24,053 nt of DNA from Puniceicoccales bacterium (GTDB taxonomy: Bacteria; Verrucomicrobiota; Verrucomicrobiia; Opitutales; LL51). The position numbers were made by a program, and so were the translations under genes. The notes under the pieces are model-generated. The model had not been told where the DNA came from, searched no databases, and worked only from the letters and a program-made list of their open reading frames with translations. Below, in pieces: positions 10,735 to 19,458 of the stretch; positions within the stretch are counted from its first letter, which is position 1; each line of letters starts with the position of its first letter. The stretch is from positions 1-24,053 of the forward strand of contig JAISBJ010000029.1 in assembly GCA_031266235.1 (NCBI GenBank). Reading direction: 5' to 3'.

Positions 10735-11529
10735 TTAAATGTGCCAGGGCAAAAGGCGCGCCAATCGAATCCCGTTTTTTGTCAGAAAAATTCCCTTCTC
10801 CGCCACCGAAGATAGCCCAAAATACGTCCCATGGAAAGATTTCGGCAACACTCCCACCGCAACCTCCAAAAACGCAATGTCCGTCGGATGTGACGCCCCG
10901 AGCGACCACTTTCCGCCATGGACTTCGATCGCTTGGGCATCTCCGTTTAAATATTCCAAGGAAAATCCGTCGGCAGCCAATTTGATCAGATGGACTTCGA
11001 AAAAAACCGCCGAATCCGATAGCAAATTCGCGATCCGCCCCACCTCCGCCGCAGGAAATGCCGCACTCAAATCGCCGTCCGAAGAAAAATTTTCCAAAGC
11101 TGCCTTACTTTCGTCTCCATCCAAAATAAGCCTAAATAGGCCAGCCGCGCCCGAAAAATCACCGCCCAAAGCCGTCGGCAACGGCGCTAAACTGTAGCAG
11201 ATCGCCCTGGGGCCTTCGGCGGAATTGATAAAAAAACTCAGCGAAGGATAGCCGCTGACGGGACTGTCCACCCGGAATTGCAGGGGGTAAGCCGGTTCGT
11301 TAATGAGTAAATTGCCGAGGGAAACGCTCCTATTTTCCCAATTTTCTTCGATCTCATCCAAAATCTGCAGCGCCCCGTAGGCTAACTTCGACCGCCCGTG
11401 CTCCCCATTTTTGTAGTCCAGAAGGGTGTTGATGCCGATGGCCGCAAACCCAACAACCGCAACCATAATCGCGCTGGCGATGAGAATTTCCAAAACCGTA
11501 AACCCACGAGTACCCTCCTTAAATCGCAT
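10735..11529 (-). CDS. Prepilin-type N-terminal cleavage/methylation protein (GspJ/PilW-like minor pseudopilin)
   Basis: Canonical RG|FTVLEIL motif followed by a hydrophobic helix; the rest of the protein is not recognised. Confidence 0.72.
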   Translation of the reverse strand: MRFKEGTRGFTVLEILIASAIMVAVVGFAAIGINTLLDYKNGEHGRSKLAYGALQILDEIEENWENRSVSLGNLLINEPAYPLQFRVDSPVSGYPSLSFFINSAEGPRAICYSLAPLPTALGGDFSGAAGLFRLILDGDESKAALENFSSDGDLSAAFPAAEVGRIANLLSDSAVFFEVHLIKLAADGFSLEYLNGDAQAIEVHGGKWSLGASHPTDIAFLEVAVGVLPKSFHGTYFGLSSVAEKGIFLTKNGIRLARLLPWHI

Positions 11530-11679
11530 AGAATCTGGTGGAGGTGGTGTATTTTTAAAAATGCGGGCCGCAACCCATTTTTGACTTCCATTGGCTCAAA
11601 AAATTTTTACTTTCAAACACCAATTTATCGTTTTATGTGCCCGCGAATTCTTAGTTTCTTGGGAAACGTCCTCCGAAAA

Positions 11680-12273
11680 ATGAAAATATTACCCCAATTC
11701 CCCAGCGAAATTTCCAAAACAAAATTACAAAATTTGCCCATAAAATTTTACGAGGGCGACATCCATTTTATCAATAGTGAAGCGGGTGCGCAGCGGGCGG
11801 CGGCGGAGATCATGGGGGAGGCGATCGTGGGGTTCGACACGGAAAGCAAGCCCGCCTTTTCCAAGGGCGAAAAATATCTGCCCTCCATCGTCCAAATCGC
11901 TACCCAAAGTGGCGCCTATGTTTTCCAACTGGCTAAAATCGGCCAACTGCGCTTCCTGAAGCCCATTTTTGAATGTGAAAATTTATTAAAAACCGGCATC
12001 GCCATCCACGACGACGTCCTGAAATTGCGCGACATCGAGGATTTCAAGGCCAATAATTTCCAGGATATCAGCGATTTGACGAAGGTCATGGGGATCAAAC
12101 AGACGGGGTTACGCAACTTGGCGGGCATTTTTCTCCGCTGCCGCATTTCAAAAATATCCCAAGTAACGGACTGGTCCCAGGAAAATTTATCGCCGCGACA
12201 ACTCATCTACGCCGCCACGGACGCCTGGATCAGCCGCGATTTGTATCTCGAAGTCAAAAAACACATGCCATAA
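11680..12273 (+). CDS. DEDDy 3'-5' exonuclease (RNase D/WRN-exo-like single domain)
   Basis: ExoI VGFDTESKP, IVQIAT, ExoII KTGIAIHDD and ExoIII SDW...QLIYAATDAW. Start chosen at ATG 11680 (ATG 11635 is an alternative); the ORF track extension overlaps the divergent gene. Confidence 0.88.
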   Translation: MKILPQFPSEISKTKLQNLPIKFYEGDIHFINSEAGAQRAAAEIMGEAIVGFDTESKPAFSKGEKYLPSIVQIATQSGAYVFQLAKIGQLRFLKPIFECENLLKTGIAIHDDVLKLRDIEDFKANNFQDISDLTKVMGIKQTGLRNLAGIFLRCRISKISQVTDWSQENLSPRQLIYAATDAWISRDLYLEVKKHMP

Positions 12274-12449
12274 CGCTAACGGATTGATTTTGACTTAATT
12301 TTTATAAATTTAGGGGCCGTTGAATCTCCGATTTTGGGCGGCGAAAGTAACCGCGAAATTTTACTGGGCCTCAAAAAAATCCAGCAATCAAATCAAATGA
12401 CGCCAAGGATAAACTTTGACAACCCCCGATCGATAAAAAATATGGCACC

Positions 12450-13526
12450 ATGCTGCTGTCGGCTATCGTCCCCGTTTACTCCAAACCGCAGGAATTTTTA
12501 CGGGAATGTATCGAAAGCATTCTCGGGCAAAGTTTCGCAGATTTCGAACTCATTTTGGTCCACGACGCATCGCCGGATCACTCCCTCGCCACCCTAAAGT
12601 CCTACGCCAACGGAGATCCTCGCATCCAAATCATCGATCTGAAAAAACACAGCGGCGTTGCGGCGGCGCGCAATGCTGGGCTGGCCCGGGCAAAGGGGAA
12701 GTACGTCACCTGCGTCGATTCGGACGACATCGTCGCCCTCGATTACTTCCGGATCCTCGTGGACACAGCGGAGCATTTCGCCCTCGATATGGTCACTTCC
12801 GGCGTCACGAATTTCCAAAAAACACAACAATTGCAACCCATAAAACCGCCTAATTTGGAGAAAATTTTTCGCATAAAAACGATTGCTCCCGCACCTACCG
12901 TGCAACATTTCATCTGCCGCCTATTCCGGCGATCGACCATTGGCGCGCTCCGTTTTGACGAAAATTTACACGCCGGCGAAGACATTTTATTCATCCACCA
13001 AGCCATGCTCCTCTCCCAAAAATACCTCGAAATCAATTACGGGGGCTATTGCTACCGCCACCCGCCCGCCGGAGAATTGGAGGCTTACCGGGCGCAATTT
13101 TGTTCCATGGAACACAGTGAAGACTGCGGACTTTCCCGGCGCATCGGGGAAACTTTATATCTGGCGCAGCGGCTCTGTGACCTCGAAAAGTTCGCCAAAA
13201 ACAGCACCGATATTGCCTTCATCCGCTACCTGGCGACGCGGCGATTCTTGCGCTACGCCGACCGAATTTGGCAGCTACCCAGCCGACGGGAACGAATATT
13301 TTTTTGGGAAAAATTTTGCGAAGTTTTCGTAAATAAAATTCAAAGCCAACTATCTCACCGCCTTTGGAAACTTTTTTTGGAGAAAATTTTCGCGCCAAAA
13401 AAGATGCGCTGGTACAGCCGAGCCCAAATTTATTGCGCCCGCATCGCCTACGAAATTTACAATATAAGGCAAAATATGGGGCGATTTTTAAATTTTATTA
13501 AACTTTATTTTACGGGAGCATGCTAA
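12450..13526 (+). CDS. Glycosyltransferase family 2
   Basis: LSAIVPVY, SILGQSFADFELILVHDASPD, GVAAARNAGL, GKYVTCVDSDD and GEDILF motifs. Confidence 0.92.
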   Translation: MLLSAIVPVYSKPQEFLRECIESILGQSFADFELILVHDASPDHSLATLKSYANGDPRIQIIDLKKHSGVAAARNAGLARAKGKYVTCVDSDDIVALDYFRILVDTAEHFALDMVTSGVTNFQKTQQLQPIKPPNLEKIFRIKTIAPAPTVQHFICRLFRRSTIGALRFDENLHAGEDILFIHQAMLLSQKYLEINYGGYCYRHPPAGELEAYRAQFCSMEHSEDCGLSRRIGETLYLAQRLCDLEKFAKNSTDIAFIRYLATRRFLRYADRIWQLPSRRERIFFWEKFCEVFVNKIQSQLSHRLWKLFLEKIFAPKKMRWYSRAQIYCARIAYEIYNIRQNMGRFLNFIKLYFTGAC

Positions 13527-14287
13527 ACATCATCATCAACGCGGACGATCTCGGCGGATTTCGATCCTGCAACGACGGCGTGTTCCAACTGATGTCCCGC
13601 GGGAAAATTTCCAGCGGTACGCTCATGGCCAACGGTCCCCATTTTTCCGACGCAGCCCGGCGCAGCAAACAATTCCCCCAATATTCCTTCGGCGTGCACC
13701 TCAATCTCTCCCAATTCGCACCGCTCACGTCCAATGAAATTTTCGAAAAACATCACCTCGTCGATCGCCATGGCCAGCTCCGCTTCCGCAAATTTATCCT
13801 CCCGACTCCCCAACTGATCCGCGCTATCCAACGGGAATGGTACGCGCAGGTGGCGAAAGTGGTCGATCACGGCATCGCGGTCAGCCATTTCGATGCCCAC
13901 CAACATGTGCACACGCGGCTCTGGATGTTTTCTGTTTTGAAATTTCTAACAAAAAAATTTAATGTCAAGAAAATTCGTTCAAAATTTGGTATTTATAAAT
14001 TTTCTCACAGCGGCCACATTTTCAGACGCCTCCTGCGCCAATGGCGGGGATATCCCCACCAATTCGCCCAAAAATACCTATTAAATTTGAAAACGCCCGA
14101 CCACTTCGCCAACATCCACGACGGCATCGATTTCCTTTCTAGCCACACCGTGGCGCGCCCGCTGACGATCGAACTCATGTGCCATCCCGGAGTGCCCCAC
14201 TTCGAAGCCGACCTGCCCCTGCTGCTCAGCGACTACGAATGTAAAATACGCTCCCCCTATCGCCTCATTTCCTATAATGAATTGTAA
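13520..14287 (+). CDS. YdjC/ChbG/HpnK-family carbohydrate deacetylase
   Basis: IINADDLG, GVHLNL, HFDAHQHVH and ELMCHPG motifs. Overlaps the GT2 stop by 7 nt. Confidence 0.9.
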   Translation: MLNIIINADDLGGFRSCNDGVFQLMSRGKISSGTLMANGPHFSDAARRSKQFPQYSFGVHLNLSQFAPLTSNEIFEKHHLVDRHGQLRFRKFILPTPQLIRAIQREWYAQVAKVVDHGIAVSHFDAHQHVHTRLWMFSVLKFLTKKFNVKKIRSKFGIYKFSHSGHIFRRLLRQWRGYPHQFAQKYLLNLKTPDHFANIHDGIDFLSSHTVARPLTIELMCHPGVPHFEADLPLLLSDYECKIRSPYRLISYNEL

Positions 14288-14388
14288 AAAATTTACCGCT
14301 GATTTGTTTATTGTAAAATTATACGGGATGGAAGTCGCCTCCCATCTCCAGATTATGGGCCCCAATATGGGCCTTCGTGTCAGGCGCT

Positions 14389-15567
14389 TTAATCTCCATC
14401 ACTGCGCGCTCCCGAAATGCCCCCGCAAATCACTCGCGCAATGGTGTTCGCACCTTGCTCAACCCCAGGAAATATGGTTCCTAAAACTCCCCCTACTATT
14501 TGTACGACAGCACCGGTAAGTGATCGCTTTTCTTTGCTGGAAAGCCCTCTACACCAACCACAACAACCCGTCGGAACAAAAGTATCGCTCCTCAATAGTT
14601 CAAATACAACGTCTACTAATGCCCTGCTAAGACTAATAAGCTGAGCATCAACGTACGCTTCCAATTGTTCAATCGCTTCTTCGGAAATATCCGGACAAAT
14701 GAAATCTCGAATAATTCCAAGCGTCTCGTCCATAACCCTGTCCTTTATTTGTTTAATAACGCCCCTCTCGCCGTATACGCATTTTTTAGCCTGTTCAAGC
14801 TTAAGCAAAACTTCAGGGGAAAATTGTCCACTTCGCGTAATTATCGCATACATATCCGGGTCCGCGATCCGCAATCTCAGCATCTTTAGCACAACCTTAG
14901 ACTTTTTATCTTCATTTTTTTTGCAGTGCGCTTTAGCGAAGGTCTCTACAACAAATTTAACAAAAGCTGGCGTGGCTTCCTGCATATATGTCATAATGCA
15001 TCCATTTATTCTGCGCGATAGATTTCGCGTCTTATCTCCAGAGCTCATCTCGTGCCCTGCTGTTTTGTCGAAAAAACCGGTCACCGTAGCCTTCCGAGTC
15101 AGATCGAGCTCGGATGGAGCTAAATCCTGACGCCTTATATGGTGCCTTCTATGGTGTTTTTCTTCGCCCTGTAGAGCGAGTTCGGGCGGGGCCGACTTCT
15201 GGGGTCTTTTAAATGTAGGGATACCTGTCCCACTCAAAACTACTTCGTAGGGGCGTTGTGCTTCGAATTCTTCTGATAAGCCTTCTTCGGGCGAGCAATC
15301 GGATAGCTCTTCTCCTCCTTCTGACTCCGAAACGGGCGAGGAACGTTGTACAAACCTGAACCTTTGGGGCCCTTTTCCATGCCGCCTTTTCACCTCTTCC
15401 GAACTAGAACTAGAACTAGAGCTATAACCAGAACTGGAGCTAGAATCGGAGCTGGAGCTGGAAGAATGCGAAGGTGGTCTTGTCCAAGCAGCAAAGGCAG
15501 AGTTGTAAAATAACGCACTGCCGTAACTTGCCGCTACTACTAAACGAATCTTATTTTTTGCTGTCAT
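14389..15567 (-). CDS. Hypothetical protein with probable signal peptide and Ser-rich low-complexity N-terminus
   Basis: Long uninterrupted ORF. From ATG 15567: MTAKNKIRLVVAASYGSALFYNSAFA|AW (Sec-type AFA cleavage), then a poly-Ser tract. No family recognised. Confidence 0.65.
   Translation of the reverse strand: MTAKNKIRLVVAASYGSALFYNSAFAAWTRPPSHSSSSSSDSSSSSGYSSSSSSSSEEVKRRHGKGPQRFRFVQRSSPVSESEGGEELSDCSPEEGLSEEFEAQRPYEVVLSGTGIPTFKRPQKSAPPELALQGEEKHHRRHHIRRQDLAPSELDLTRKATVTGFFDKTAGHEMSSGDKTRNLSRRINGCIMTYMQEATPAFVKFVVETFAKAHCKKNEDKKSKVVLKMLRLRIADPDMYAIITRSGQFSPEVLLKLEQAKKCVYGERGVIKQIKDRVMDETLGIIRDFICPDISEEAIEQLEAYVDAQLISLSRALVDVVFELLRSDTFVPTGCCGWCRGLSSKEKRSLTGAVVQIVGGVLGTIFPGVEQGANTIARVICGGISGARSDGD
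15401..15460. repeat. Degenerate hexamer repeat (GARCTR)n encoding the poly-Ser tract
   Basis: gaacta gaacta gaacta gagcta taacca gaactg gagcta gaatcg gagctg gagctg, i.e. alternating TCN/AGY Ser codons on the minus strand. Confidence 0.85.
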
Positions 15568-15795
15568 AACGGAGCATAGTATAGCCCTGTTTTTGCAATC
15601 TTTAATATTTTTTTTAAAAATATTTGACAATTAAGGCATTTATCTCTGGGATCATTTATAGTTCTCAAAAAGCGAAAATAAAGATTGACAAACTCAATTT
15701 AAAATACTCTGATCGATCCAAAAATTTTTATCCGCCACACTTCGATTTATGGTTGCGGTCCGCTTTACTATTCCTTAGCCTCGAAATTGCGTCCC

Positions 15796-17592
15796 ATGGA
15801 ATTACTGCAATCCCTCTACTCCCGGTTATTATCGTTAGATTTGATATCCATTTTTTGGGTGATCATTTTTTTGGGTGGCTCTATTTTTGTCCACGAGCTC
15901 GGCCATTTTATCGCCGCTAAAAGGAGAAAATTATTTGTACCGCGGTTTTCGATCGGCTTTGGCCCGAAATTATTTGCGAAAAATATCAAAGGCACGGAAT
16001 TCTGCGTCGCGCTACTGCCTTTGGGGGGCTATGTCGCCATCCCCCAGCTCATGGGCATCAAAGAGCTCGAGGGGCAATACGAAATCCCAGAAAATACGCC
16101 GCCCATTTCCTGCGCCGATACCATTGCCGTTGCGGCCATGGGAGTTGTTTTTAACATTATTTTCGCATTTATTTTGGGGACGATCCTCTGGTGCACGGGC
16201 ATGGAGCAGCCCCAGAGCAGCATGAACAATATCATCGGCTACGTGAGTGCGGAAATTACGTTACCCGGCGGCGAAAAAATTCCCGGTCCGGCGAAGGAAG
16301 CTGGGTTACGGGTCGGGGATCAGATCATCGCCATCGACGGCTGCGCAACCCGCGATCTCGCGGATATTACGCACGCCATCGCCTTGGGTAAAAATCGCGA
16401 CCAAGGAGGCCCCCTGTCGACGATCACCGTTCTGCGCGACGGCCAGCAACAAAATTTCACGGTCCGCCCCGTCCTCTTCGAACAAAACCCGCACGCCAAA
16501 GAATCCTTCCGCGTCATCGGCATCGAAACGTTTCAGGAGCTTTTCGTCGCAAAAATTTACAAAAATACGCCGGCCCAGCGCGCGGGACTAGAAGAGGGCG
16601 ACAAAATTATTTCCGTCAACGGCGAAAAATTGTTTTCCTACTCCCAGTTCAACGATGCCCTGGAGCGCGAGGAAAATTTACAATTGACGGTCGAACGCGG
16701 TGAAAAAATGGTTAATATTTCCGTCCGCCGGGAGCGACTTTTCCGGACACGCCCCCGTTTAAAGATGGCTACGACCTATGGAAATTGTGAAGTTTTGCCG
16801 GATTTTTTTGACAAAAATGTCATGCGCGACCCCTATACCGACAGCTGCACGCTGCAACTCCTATCGCTGGCGCCGGGGTTTCGGGAGCCGTTTCCGGAAT
16901 GGGCGATCGGGGACAGGATCACGCGCATCCAAGGGCAGCCCACCCGCAATATTTCCGAGAGTTTTTCAGCATTTCAGGGGGCGATTGGTTCATCGCCGGC
17001 AGTGACCGTCCGCAGCCGAGAGTTCTTTTTGCCCGTCGAAAAGATCGAATTAATACCCGCCGAATCGCGTCACAGCATCGGAATTGAACTTTGCGGGAGC
17101 TATGTTTTGGTCCGCAAAAATCCCATCCAATGGATCAAAGAAACCGCTCAGATCATTTTTCTGACGCTGGGGAGTCTCATTTCGCCCTCGTCGGACATCC
17201 ATTTGAAAAATCTTTCCGGGCCCCCCGCGATTTTAGACGCTTTGCACACCTTTGCCGCCCGCGATCTGCGCCTACTTTTGTGGTTTGTCATGGTATTGAA
17301 TGTCAATCTGGCCGTCATCAATTTGTTGCCGCTGCCCGTCCTCGACAGCGGGGTTATTGTCCGGGCGCTATTGGAAAAAATATTTCGGAGGAAAATCGCC
17401 GCGAAAATGCTCATGCACACGCAGCTGGCGTTTATGATGTTGATTCTAGGGGTTGTAATTTACATAAGTTTTTTTGACATTAGTAAAATTTTAGGGCGCC
17501 GCGACGCGGAGCGGGACTATTTCAGGCAACGCCGGCTGGCCATCGACGAGCAATCGCTCTGGAACGGTTTGGGCGAAGCTACTTCCCAGTGA
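15796..17592 (+). CDS. rseP: RIP metalloprotease RseP (M50) with PDZ domains
   Basis: FVHELGHF (HEXXH), FSIGFGP, LLPLGGYV, PAKEAGLRVGDQIIAIDG and PAQRAGLEEGDKIISVNG PDZ motifs, LSGPPAI and NLLPLPVLD. ATG 15796 preferred over TTG 15787. Confidence 0.93.
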   Translation: MELLQSLYSRLLSLDLISIFWVIIFLGGSIFVHELGHFIAAKRRKLFVPRFSIGFGPKLFAKNIKGTEFCVALLPLGGYVAIPQLMGIKELEGQYEIPENTPPISCADTIAVAAMGVVFNIIFAFILGTILWCTGMEQPQSSMNNIIGYVSAEITLPGGEKIPGPAKEAGLRVGDQIIAIDGCATRDLADITHAIALGKNRDQGGPLSTITVLRDGQQQNFTVRPVLFEQNPHAKESFRVIGIETFQELFVAKIYKNTPAQRAGLEEGDKIISVNGEKLFSYSQFNDALEREENLQLTVERGEKMVNISVRRERLFRTRPRLKMATTYGNCEVLPDFFDKNVMRDPYTDSCTLQLLSLAPGFREPFPEWAIGDRITRIQGQPTRNISESFSAFQGAIGSSPAVTVRSREFFLPVEKIELIPAESRHSIGIELCGSYVLVRKNPIQWIKETAQIIFLTLGSLISPSSDIHLKNLSGPPAILDALHTFAARDLRLLLWFVMVLNVNLAVINLLPLPVLDSGVIVRALLEKIFRRKIAAKMLMHTQLAFMMLILGVVIYISFFDISKILGRRDAERDYFRQRRLAIDEQSLWNGLGEATSQ

Positions 17593-17919
17593 AATTAGAT
17601 ATTCCTCATCGATAAAAAATAAATAAAAGTGATATAATTAAAATGTTGGATAACATGGATAGTCGCCCAAAAATAGTTAAGATAAACATCATTTTCCAGC
17701 GAAATTAGATATTCTTTTTCGATAAAAAATAAATAAAAGTGATATAATCAAAATGTTGGATAACATGGGCAATCGCCCAAAAATAATTAAGATAAACGTT
17801 ATTTTCCGACGAAATTAGATATTCCTCATCGATAAAAAATAAATAAAAATGATATAATTAAAATGTTGGATAAAATGGCAATTGCCCAAAAATAGTTAAG
17901 ATAAACGTTATTTTCCGTC
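17591..17919. repeat. AT-rich tandem repeat, 3 units of 110/110/109 bp, filling the gap between the convergent rseP and doxX-like genes
   Basis: Units start at gaaattagat 17591, 17701 and 17811. Unit 1 vs unit 2 has 12 mismatches in 110 bp by eye. There are no unique spacers. Confidence 0.96.
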
Positions 17920-18321
17920 GGAACTAAAACGCCCGGCGCCCATGAAAAGAAATGCAAATAATAATAGCGCTATTAGAATATTGAGCAAAAATTCCCCATC
18001 GAAAAAATTTTTCAAGCCGGACCCATTTCCCAATGCCTTCAAAAAATATATGGCCAGCAATAGCCCACAATTGAGGCGATAAAAAAAACCAATCAAAAAA
18101 CACATGCCCGATAAAACGAGAATGACAGCCGAAATAATCCCAAAAATAACCGGCCAAAATGTAATGCCAATCGCGCTAAAAATGGCTCCCAAAGTTTGTA
18201 GCGCCGAAATGCCTCCGGAAAAATATCGGACGCCAGATGCCACAAAAAATAATCCCAAAAATAACCGAATAAACAATTTTCCAAAATTTTCCTTCTCCCA
18301 AAAACTATCAATCCCTTTCAT
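17908..18321 (-). CDS. DoxX-family small membrane protein
   Basis: KLFIRLFLGLFFVASG N-terminus, four hydrophobic segments and C-terminal LFMGAGRFSSD (DoxX-like G-x-G-x-x-S-x-D). ATG 18321 preferred. Confidence 0.75.
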   Translation of the reverse strand: MKGIDSFWEKENFGKLFIRLFLGLFFVASGVRYFSGGISALQTLGAIFSAIGITFWPVIFGIISAVILVLSGMCFLIGFFYRLNCGLLLAIYFLKALGNGSGLKNFFDGEFLLNILIALLLFAFLFMGAGRFSSDGK

Positions 18322-18371
18322 CGGCGGCAATTTTTACATTGAAAAAAAAGAAATCCGCAACATAAATTTTC

Positions 18372-18470
18372 ATGCGACTTAGTATTAGAGTTATTCCCAA
18401 CGCTTCGAAATCGGAGATTATTTTCCAAGCTTCGAAATTAGAAGTTATTTCTCAAAATAGCGGCAACTAA
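18372..18470 (+). pseudogene. Truncated, diverged copy of the 5' end of the DUF167 gene with an internal 27-bp duplication
   Basis: Translates as MRLSIRVIPN-ASKSEIIFQ-ASKLEVISQ-NSGN*, versus MRLSIRVIPNAPKSEIIFLDSGEW in the intact gene. 18371-18426 vs 18482-18537 has 3 mismatches in 56 bp. Confidence 0.85.
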
Positions 18471-18482
18471 TAATGTAGATCC

Positions 18483-18731
18483 ATGCGACTTAGCATTAGA
18501 GTTATTCCAAACGCTCCGAAATCGGAGATTATTTTCCTTGACAGCGGCGAATGGAAAATAAAAATCCAGGCCCCGCCCGAAGATGGCAAGGCCAATGGGG
18601 CAATTATCCAATTGCTCGCTAAACATTTCAAAGTCCCCAAAAATTTCATCCGCATCGTCTCCGGAGAAAAATCTCGCCAAAAAATTATCGAAATATTTGA
18701 CTTGCCCGACCAAAATCCATTGAACAAATAG
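18483..18731 (+). CDS. yggU: DUF167 (YggU/UPF0235) family protein
   Basis: IRVIPNA, KIKIQAPPEDGKAN, LLAKHFKVPK and IVSGEKSRQK motifs. Confidence 0.9.
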   Translation: MRLSIRVIPNAPKSEIIFLDSGEWKIKIQAPPEDGKANGAIIQLLAKHFKVPKNFIRIVSGEKSRQKIIEIFDLPDQNPLNK

Positions 18732-18735
18732 CGTC

Positions 18736-19458
18736 ATGGCACTGCGAATCCAAAAATTTTTGTCCCAATGCGGCTACTGCTCCCGACGCAAAGCGGAAAC
18801 GCTCATCCTCGAATCGCGCGTCACCGTCAATGCCCAGGCGGCTGCGATCGGCCAAATCATCGATGCGGCGCGGGATATCGTCAAAGTGGACGCCGTCCGA
18901 ATCCATTACACCCCACCTAAACAACCCATCGTCTTCATGCTCAATAAGCCGCGGGGCGTTATCTGCACGCACCTCGCCAAATATCCAGAAAAAACGGTCT
19001 TCGATTTCATTCCCGACGCCTTCGCTAAAGAGCGCTTCCTCTACTGCGGCCGCCTCGATAGGGATAGTCAGGGCATGCTGATCCTCACCAACGACGGCGA
19101 TTTTGCCCATAAATTGACCCATCCGAGCTCCAATATTACGAAAATTTACCACGTCACCCTCTCCCGTCCCATCGCTCCCGAGCAAAAAACGCAGTTGCTC
19201 CGGGGCATCGAAGATCAAGGGGAGGTTTTAAGGGCGGAAAAAGTCCTCGAATTGCCCACCAAAAATAGCCGACAGACTTTGGAAATCCACCTAAAACAGG
19301 GCCGGAAACGCGAGATCCGCCGCATGATCGACGCCTGCGGTTGCCACGTCCACCGCCTCAAGCGCGTACAAATCGGCCAACTTAGACTTAAAAATCTGGG
19401 TGTCGGCCACGTTAAATACCTCTCCCAGGACGATATCAGCCGCTTATTCGCCTTATAA
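18736..19458 (+). CDS. rluB: RsuA/RluB-family pseudouridine synthase with N-terminal S4 domain
   Basis: RIQKFLSQCGYCSRRKAE (S4), MLNKPRG, GRLDRDSQGMLILTNDG (catalytic Asp), GRKREIRRM and LKRVQIG. The specific paralog (rluB vs rsuA/rluF) is inferred. Confidence 0.9.
   Translation: MALRIQKFLSQCGYCSRRKAETLILESRVTVNAQAAAIGQIIDAARDIVKVDAVRIHYTPPKQPIVFMLNKPRGVICTHLAKYPEKTVFDFIPDAFAKERFLYCGRLDRDSQGMLILTNDGDFAHKLTHPSSNITKIYHVTLSRPIAPEQKTQLLRGIEDQGEVLRAEKVLELPTKNSRQTLEIHLKQGRKREIRRMIDACGCHVHRLKRVQIGQLRLKNLGVGHVKYLSQDDISRLFAL

Noticed and set aside
11398-11679. N-terminal extension of the exonuclease ORF
   Set aside because: It overlaps the divergent prepilin gene on the opposite strand and has no exonuclease-like sequence.
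12274-12449. 176-bp gap with a small GCGG-CGAAAGTAA-CCGC hairpin, considered as an ncRNA
   Set aside because: The stems are short and no SRP, 6S, tmRNA or riboswitch consensus is recognisable.
15624-15710. Two TTGACA hexamers upstream of rseP
   Set aside because: Neither has a plausible -10 box at 16-18 nt spacing.
17591-17919. Three regularly spaced repeats considered as a CRISPR array
   Set aside because: Whole 110-bp units are similar along their length, with no unique spacers and no cas genes in the window.
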